The translations under genes and the position numbers were made by a program. From Methanobacterium bryantii (GTDB lineage Archaea > Methanobacteriota > Methanobacteria > Methanobacteriales > Methanobacteriaceae): DNA of 32,000 nt. The DNA is taken from contig NZ_LMVM01000023.1 in NCBI RefSeq assembly GCF_002287175.1, positions 149,921 through 181,920 of the forward strand. The letters are read 5' to 3'. Shown here piece by piece: positions 26,805 to 32,000 of the stretch (position 1 is its first letter; every line of letters starts with the position of its first letter). A model generated the notes under the pieces. It did no database searches, was not told where the DNA came from, and saw only the letters and a list, made by a program, of their open reading frames with translations.

Positions 26805-28313
26805 TTGGGCATTGGAGGCGTTATAATTAAGAAAAAACTGCCTTTTGCAGTTCTACTAATACTTGGCTTATTCCTGGCAAGTATAGCTGGCGCGAGCGCG
26901 GCAGATGTAGGCACTGCACAATCACAGGCTGTTAATAACAGCACTGTGCAAGAAAATGCTGGAATACACACAAATGATACATACAATGAAAACGAATCGG
27001 TTGCAACGCAAAATTCAACCGATGAAAATATAACGGAGGGTACGAGTACTGCAACCTCAAATACCAGTACCAATCAAACCACCGTTAAAACAGAACCCGT
27101 TGCACAAGATATAGCAAATACAAGTGCTGATCAAACTGCAACAACTCTCACAGTGACTTCAACAAACTCCACCAGCAAAAATTCAACAGTTTCAGAAACT
27201 AACACAAAAAACGCAGTTTCAACTGCATTAAACAACAGTCAAAATTCAACAAGCACAAAAACTAACACATGGAATAATACAACCAGTACTCAAACTCAAA
27301 GTACTGGGTATGATACTATCAAAAATAATGATAGTTATCAAAAAGCAGCTGCAGGAGAAACGAAAGTTACCTCCAAAAGCTTTACTGCAAAGCAAATCAA
27401 TAATGCAGCGGCAAAAGTTAAGGCATACGTTGAAACCAACCACAGACTTCCAAACTATGTGACAATTGGTACAATCCAAGTGCAAATGTCTGATTTCCTG
27501 AAACTATTAACTGCAAATATACTGCAGTTATACAATAAGAAAACAAGTTCAATAACACTAAAAAGTATAAACAGTGCAGCAAAACCTAGCGAAAGTGTTA
27601 AAAGCGGTACTATGACCAAATCATGTTATTTAGACCTTGCTAAAAGAGTGAATGTATTTATAAATACAAATGGTGCTTTACCAAATTATGCAACAAGCAG
27701 TCTTGGCAAACTGAATTATAAATCATTAATTTACACGTTTTCCAAGGTACTTGCCTTCTACAATACAAATAGTAGATTGCCAAATTACGTTACTGTTAAA
27801 CCATGGAGTAAAGTTGGAACTTCAGATACATCAAATTCATCAACACCAGTACCTGCATCATTACAGCAGTATCTTAAATCTACTACAAACTGTCAGGTAA
27901 ACAACGCACAAATTCAAGCACTGGCAAAATCAATAACAAGCGGTAAATCATCCACATATGCTAAAGCAGCAGCAATATTTAACTGGGTACGAGATAACAT
28001 AGGCTATTCATTCTACTACAATACCAAATATGGCGCAGTTGGAACATTATCTTCAAAAACAGCCAATTGTGTCGATACATCCCACTTGTTAATAGCACTT
28101 GAAAGGGCCGCAGGAATTCCTGCACGATACGAGCATGTTTATGCTAAATTCTCAAGTGGCACATGGTATGGGCATGTTATTGCTCAGGTTTGGGTTAATG
28201 GTAAATGGTACTATGCAGATGCAAGTAGCTCCAGAAATACATTTGGTGTTATAAATAACTGGAATACAACAACAGCAACAGTATACGGTACATATACATC
28301 CATATCTTTCTAA
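26805..28313 (+). CDS. Exported pseudomurein-binding-repeat protein with transglutaminase/cysteine-protease fold (Pei-like)
   Basis: 502 aa; signal peptide, T/N/S-rich linker, repeats [31 protein letters not shown] and [33 protein letters not shown]; catalytic-type NCVDTSHL...GHVIAQVWVNGKWYYADAS. Confidence 0.88.
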   Translation: MGIGGVIIKKKLPFAVLLILGLFLASIAGASAADVGTAQSQAVNNSTVQENAGIHTNDTYNENESVATQNSTDENITEGTSTATSNTSTNQTTVKTEPVAQDIANTSADQTATTLTVTSTNSTSKNSTVSETNTKNAVSTALNNSQNSTSTKTNTWNNTTSTQTQSTGYDTIKNNDSYQKAAAGETKVTSKSFTAKQINNAAAKVKAYVETNHRLPNYVTIGTIQVQMSDFLKLLTANILQLYNKKTSSITLKSINSAAKPSESVKSGTMTKSCYLDLAKRVNVFINTNGALPNYATSSLGKLNYKSLIYTFSKVLAFYNTNSRLPNYVTVKPWSKVGTSDTSNSSTPVPASLQQYLKSTTNCQVNNAQIQALAKSITSGKSSTYAKAAAIFNWVRDNIGYSFYYNTKYGAVGTLSSKTANCVDTSHLLIALERAAGIPARYEHVYAKFSSGTWYGHVIAQVWVNGKWYYADASSSRNTFGVINNWNTTTATVYGTYTSISF

Positions 28314-28334
28314 TAGAAAAATAAGATGTTAAAA

Positions 28335-28500
28335 CCGTTGCAGTAGGAGTAATGTGAATATAATGGCACTTTGTGCTGAAACCATATAAATTCCACTAGC
28401 AACTTGAGTGCCCATCTAGCAGCTGAAAATTGTTAATACATCAGACAACACTAAAATTGGATAAACACTGGTAAATCGACATAAATGCTTTAACTAACAA
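28335..28500 (+). pseudogene. Remnant of a PepSY-like small secreted protein gene (paralog of 30786-31184)
   Basis: gttgcagtaggagtaatg...atggcactt.gtgctgaaaccatataaattccactagcaa matches gttgcagtagtggtaatg...gcggcactggtattcggtgcttctggaaaccacataaattccaccagcaa in the intact gene; aatacatcagacaacactaaa also matches. Confidence 0.75.
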
Positions 28501-28513
28501 AAAATGTTGGAGA

Positions 28514-28770
28514 CACTAAATTTAGTGTATTCCTCTCAAATCGGTTTAAACTGGAAAAATCTCAAAGAGATTTTATGCTCGAAAATTCCCTCAAAAACTG
28601 AAAGTTTTTGACGCGATAAACACTTGTATTTGTCAGCTATGAATTTTCCGCACCCTAGGAAACATAGTTTCCTGGGCCCCAAAATCATAGATTTTGAAGG
28701 CCCCAAACACGGCGTGTTTGAGGCCGAAGAATCTATTGATTCTCGGCCCCAGAAATTCACAGAATTTCTG
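28514..28770. repeat. Tandem array of short hairpins (array B), with shared GGCC clamps
   Basis: ACACTAAATTTAGTGT; AAAATCTC-AAA-GAGATTTT (28557-28575); TCAAAAACT-GAA-AGTTTTTGA (28592-28612); CCTAGGAAAC-ATA-GTTTCCTGGG (28654-28676); CAAAATC-ATA-GATTTTG (28680-28696); CAAACAC-GGC-GTGTTTG (28704-28720); GGCCGAAGAATC-TATT-GATTCTCGGCC (28722-28748, one bulge); CAGAAATTC-ACA-GAATTTCTG (28750-28770). Confidence 0.85.
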
Positions 28771-28789
28771 AGGGGTCCTTTTTCTTTTT
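28747..28789 (+). terminator. Terminator-like end of array B
   Basis: CCCCAGAAATTC-ACA-GAATTTCTGAGGGG stem (single A bulge) followed by TCCTTTTTCTTTTT. Confidence 0.55.
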
Positions 28790-29114
28790 AGTCTTGAAAA
28801 ATTAGAATCCAAATAATCTCCTCTAATTTTTAATATATTTGTCTCGACATATTCACAGCATCTAAATTTTCAATTTTGTATTAATCTTGTTTGGGCCATG
28901 CCCTATTCCTGAAATTTTAGTATTAACAAATGAGGAATAATAATTAAACTATACAAAAAAAAGTTAATACGCAGCTTTTTTAGTAAATTTTTTAACATAA
29001 TACTTAATAATTAATTAATAAAAAGGAATAAAATTCTTAAAATTTCAAATAACTTCGTTTAACCCAAATAGAGTGCTAATAGAGTTTATTTAATGATTAC
29101 CCCAATTATGCCCA

Positions 29115-29333
29115 AAGTATAAAAGTAATGTACGTGCCTCTTTTTGCCAAATAATGTTTAAAATAAGGCAATTTGCTGAAAATAATAATTGAGAGAGTTC
29201 ATCCCAAAGATCTTATTTAAATAACTCCACAGCGTGTCCTAAATTGTAAAAAGAGCTCAATAAGCGCCTTTTTTGGGTATTAAAAACAAAAGATTTATAA
29301 GGTATAGCACATTAACTACTCCATACCCATAGG
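29115..29333 (+). promoter_or_regulatory. Duplicated long upstream region, copy 2, with TATA-like box TTTATAAGG (29294-29302)
   Basis: See copy 1 at 26505-26720; same ordered blocks ahead of the second protease gene. Confidence 0.7.
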
Positions 29334-29359
29334 AAAACTCTGATTGAGTTTTCCCATGA

Positions 29360-30757
29360 TTGGAAATCGGAGGCGGTATAATTACGAGGAAATTGCTTTT
29401 TGCAGTCCTATTAATATCCAGTCTATCTTTGACTGGTATAACTGGCGCAAGCGCGACAGATGTAGGCACTGCACAAACACAGGCTGTTAATAACAGCACT
29501 GTGCAAGAAAAAGCCAATATACAAATAAATAATACATGCAACACAAACAAATCGGTTGCAACGCAAAATTCAACCGACGCAAGTGTAAAAACAGTGCAGA
29601 ATACAAGTACTGCCATATCAAATGTCAGTACCAACCAAACCACCGTTAAAACACAAGCAGTAGCACAGAATACAGTAAGTACAAAGGATAATCAAACTGC
29701 AGTAACTTCAACAGCGACTTCAATAAATTCAACCAGCAAAAATTCAACAAATACAACCAGTACTCAAACACAAGAAGCAGCTGCAGGAGAAACAAAAGTA
29801 TCTAAAAACTTTACTGTAAGCCAAATCACAGATGCCGCAGCTAGGGTCAAAGCATACGTTGAAACCAATCACAGACTTCCAAACTATGTGACAATTGGTA
29901 CAACCCAGGTTGAAATGCCTGAGTTTTTAAAACTACTGACTGCAGGTTTACTACAGTTAAACAACGGAACAACAACATCAATAACACTTAAAGATATAAA
30001 CAGTGCAGCAAAACCTAGTGAAAGTGTTAAAAGTGGTAATATAAATAAAGCAGGTTATTTAGACCTTGCTAAAAGAGTGAATGCGTTTATAGATGCAAAT
30101 GGTGCTTTACCAAATTATGCAACAAGCAGTCTTGGTAAATTAAATTATCAATCTTTAATTTACACATTTTCCAAGATAATGGCTTTCTATAAAACGAACG
30201 AACGGTTACCAAGTTATGTTACAGTAAAATCATGGAGCACAGTTGGAACTTCAAGTACATCAACTTCAAATTCTTCAAACACATCTACATCGGTACCTGC
30301 ATCACTTCAGCAGTATCTTAAATCTACTACAAACTGTCAGGTAACCAATTCACAGATCCAAGCACTGGCAAAATCAATAACAAGCGGTAAAACTTCCACG
30401 TACGATAAAGCAGTGGCTATATTTAACTGGGTAAGAGATAACATAGGTTATTCCTTCTATTATAACACCAAATACGGTGCTGTAGGCACTTTAAGCAAAA
30501 AAACTGGAAACTGTGTTGATACAGCTCACCTTTTAATAGCACTTGAAAGGGCCGCAGGAATACCAGCACGATACGAACACGTTAAAGCTAAATTCACAAG
30601 CGGTAACTGGTACGGGCACGTTATTGCCCAAGTATACGTAAACGGCAAATGGTACAATGCAGACGCAACCAGTTCTAAAAACACGTTTGGTGTTATTAAA
30701 AACTGGAATACAGGAACAGCTACATACAAAGGTACATATGCTACATTGCCTTTCTAA
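29360..30757 (+). CDS. Exported pseudomurein-binding-repeat protein with transglutaminase/cysteine-protease fold (tandem paralog)
   Basis: 465 aa; very similar to 26805-28313 across the repeats and the NCVDTAHL...[19 protein letters not shown] core. Confidence 0.88.
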   Translation: MEIGGGIITRKLLFAVLLISSLSLTGITGASATDVGTAQTQAVNNSTVQEKANIQINNTCNTNKSVATQNSTDASVKTVQNTSTAISNVSTNQTTVKTQAVAQNTVSTKDNQTAVTSTATSINSTSKNSTNTTSTQTQEAAAGETKVSKNFTVSQITDAAARVKAYVETNHRLPNYVTIGTTQVEMPEFLKLLTAGLLQLNNGTTTSITLKDINSAAKPSESVKSGNINKAGYLDLAKRVNAFIDANGALPNYATSSLGKLNYQSLIYTFSKIMAFYKTNERLPSYVTVKSWSTVGTSSTSTSNSSNTSTSVPASLQQYLKSTTNCQVTNSQIQALAKSITSGKTSTYDKAVAIFNWVRDNIGYSFYYNTKYGAVGTLSKKTGNCVDTAHLLIALERAAGIPARYEHVKAKFTSGNWYGHVIAQVYVNGKWYNADATSSKNTFGVIKNWNTGTATYKGTYATLPF

Positions 30758-30785
30758 ATCTAGTTAAATAAAAAAATGAGGTTGA

Positions 30786-31184
30786 ATGATGATTAAAAAA
30801 TCAATAGTTGCAGTAGTGGTAATGCTGGCTGCAGCGGCACTGGTATTCGGTGCTTCTGGAAACCACATAAATTCCACCAGCAATTCTAATCAGGGACAAC
30901 AGTCATCTGTTACTGGCAGCAGTTCATCCAGTAACAATACATCAGATAGCGACAAAACATCAGATAACACAACTAAACCAAAGATAACTTCAGAAGAAGC
31001 CCAAAAATTAGCTCAAAAATACATTGACGTAGAAGGAGCAACCGCAGGAACACCTAAATTGATCAAAACTGATGGTCAATACATATACGTGGTTCCTGTT
31101 ATCGACAACGGAACAAATGTTGGTGAAATAGACATTAACGCTATAACTGGCAAAAACGTTGGAGGAGCAGGTGGAGCACCTTAA
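30786..31184 (+). CDS. Secreted small protein with PepSY-like domain
   Basis: 132 aa; signal peptide, S/N-rich linker, KITSEEAQKLAQKYIDVEGATAGTPKLIKTDGQYIYVVPVIDNGTNVGEIDINAITGKNVGG. Confidence 0.75.
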   Translation: MMIKKSIVAVVVMLAAAALVFGASGNHINSTSNSNQGQQSSVTGSSSSSNNTSDSDKTSDNTTKPKITSEEAQKLAQKYIDVEGATAGTPKLIKTDGQYIYVVPVIDNGTNVGEIDINAITGKNVGGAGGAP

Positions 31185-31209
31185 GGTGTTTTCCCAAATT
31201 GATTACACT

Positions 31210-31235
31210 GAAAAGATCTCTTATGAGATCTTTTC
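31210..31235 (+). terminator. Strong hairpin terminator
   Basis: GAAAAGATCTC-TTAT-GAGATCTTTTC (11-bp perfect stem) followed by CTATTTTTTTATTTT. Confidence 0.85.
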
Positions 31236-31513
31236 CTATTTTTTTATTTTAAAATTGCCCAATTTATTATCTTCTTTAAAATTTATTATCACACTTTTAA
31301 GGCAGAAAAAGTCTGTAAAGTTTAAAAAAATAAAATAACTTGATAGTACATAATTTTAAATATTTGAGTTCATAGTTTATTACATAGTTATAAATAATTA
31401 AAGAAGTTAACATACCTAAACACGATAAAGCAGATAAAATATTTTATCTCAATTTTATAAATAACACATGGCGAAGTAATTAGATTTATTAAAACCACAA
31501 ATAAGTGATAAGA

Positions 31514-32000
31514 ATGATATGTGATAACTGCGGGGCAGAAATAGATAACAAAGAAACATACTGCCCTAACTGCGGAATGGAACTTCCAACTTCTAAATCC
31601 TCAAAAAAGAAAAGTAATAAAAATTCACAGCAGTTTGATAGTTTCCAATCAAAGAAAAAATATAGAAATTACCCTAAAGAAGAACATTTTGAGGGGAAAC
31701 GCTCAAGAAGAGAGACTGATCCATCTGATTTTGCATATGATATCCCTCACCCAAAGGCAGATTATACACGTTATAATGAAGAAGAAGATTACAAAAAAAA
31801 GCCTTTAAAAAGAAAATATTACGGAGGCCATTCAGCTTCTAAACGCAATGATTCGCCATATCAAAACGATATGGATTATGAAAGTTATTATGATTACGGA
31901 GAGGAAGAAGTTCCTGAAACAAAGAAATCCAGAATTAGTTTAGGTACAATATGCCTCTTCATGATCATGATACTTCTGCTTGGATTTGTTATAGGGTTGA
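31514..32000 (+). CDS. Zinc-ribbon protein with C-terminal TM segment, truncated by window edge
   Basis: Read directly: MICDNCGAEIDNKETYCPNCGMELPTSK... charged/Tyr-rich middle ...RISLGTICLFMIMILLLGFVIG, open to the window end. Confidence 0.85.
   Translation, partial: MICDNCGAEIDNKETYCPNCGMELPTSKSSKKKSNKNSQQFDSFQSKKKYRNYPKEEHFEGKRSRRETDPSDFAYDIPHPKADYTRYNEEEDYKKKPLKRKYYGGHSASKRNDSPYQNDMDYESYYDYGEEEVPETKKSRISLGTICLFMIMILLLGFVIGL

Noticed and set aside
26786-27073. - strand ORFs antisense to the protease signal/linker regions (also 27246-27485, 29257-29643)
   Set aside because: They appear at equivalent places in both paralogs only because the coding strand is repetitive (ACA/AAC-rich); Val/Ser/Cys-rich products without domains.
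28536-28760. ORF 74 aa on - strand
   Set aside because: Its reading frame is made of the tandem hairpins of array B; composition is explained by the inverted repeats.
28514-28770. Array B as a CRISPR array
   Set aside because: Units are back-to-back inverted repeats of differing sequence, not identical direct repeats separated by uniform unique spacers; no cas genes nearby.
26805-30757. Prophage origin for the Pei-like proteases (psiM-phage PeiP/PeiW resemblance)
   Set aside because: Both proteins have signal peptides and long linkers and no phage structural, integrase or attachment sequences are visible, so a cellular wall-remodelling role is more likely.
1-32000. tRNA or rRNA genes
   Set aside because: No cloverleaf with a GGTTCRAATCC-type T arm or rRNA signature was recognised on manual reading; tRNAscan-SE would be decisive.

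Overview
The window looks like a chromosomal segment of a pseudomurein-walled methanogen (Methanobacteriales, probably Methanobacterium-like). This is inferred from the archaeal GGGP synthase, L40e and Tsr3/DUF367 genes, plus the Mur-ligase and pseudomurein-binding-repeat proteins. It is mostly ordinary housekeeping content: CPBP protease fragment, cis-prenyl diphosphate synthase, DUF116, AAA+/VWA chelatase-like protein, SRPBCC proteins, Tsr3, L40e, GGGPS, DUF169, HypD, phosphoglycolate phosphatase, TldD/PmbA and radical SAM. Four regions deserve attention. (1) A tight minus-strand gene run (20454->13250) encodes a 929-aa double Mur ligase, a Mur ligase with a MurT-like Cys4 insert, an exported VanW-like protein, a MobA-like nucleotidyltransferase and a LytR-CpsA-Psr (LCP) protein. 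It is a candidate wall-polymer synthesis/attachment operon. (2) A tandem duplicated cassette (~26.5-28.5 kb and ~29.1-31.2 kb) carries a long conserved upstream region, an exported pseudomurein-binding-repeat/transglutaminase-fold protease and a PepSY-like small secreted protein; the first PepSY copy has decayed. Both protease genes carry a strong SD placed inside the called ORF, pointing to a conserved AUAAUU rather than a canonical start. (3) Tandem arrays of short hairpins, mostly with 3-nt loops, lie at ~1.16, ~2.73-2.90 and ~28.51-28.77 kb. They share arm sequences (AAAATC-NNN-GATTTT, AAACAC-NNN-GTGTTT) but have different loops. In the 28.7 kb array GGCC clamps are shared by neighbouring hairpins. 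(4) Two decayed paralogs sit beside intact ones: a DUF2254-like membrane protein with an in-frame amber plus frameshifts, and an SRPBCC protein. Three small genes missed by the ORF track were recovered (zinc ribbon 2445-2579, L40e 8392-8538, 56-aa ORF 24903-25073), plus a truncated zinc-ribbon membrane protein at the right edge.
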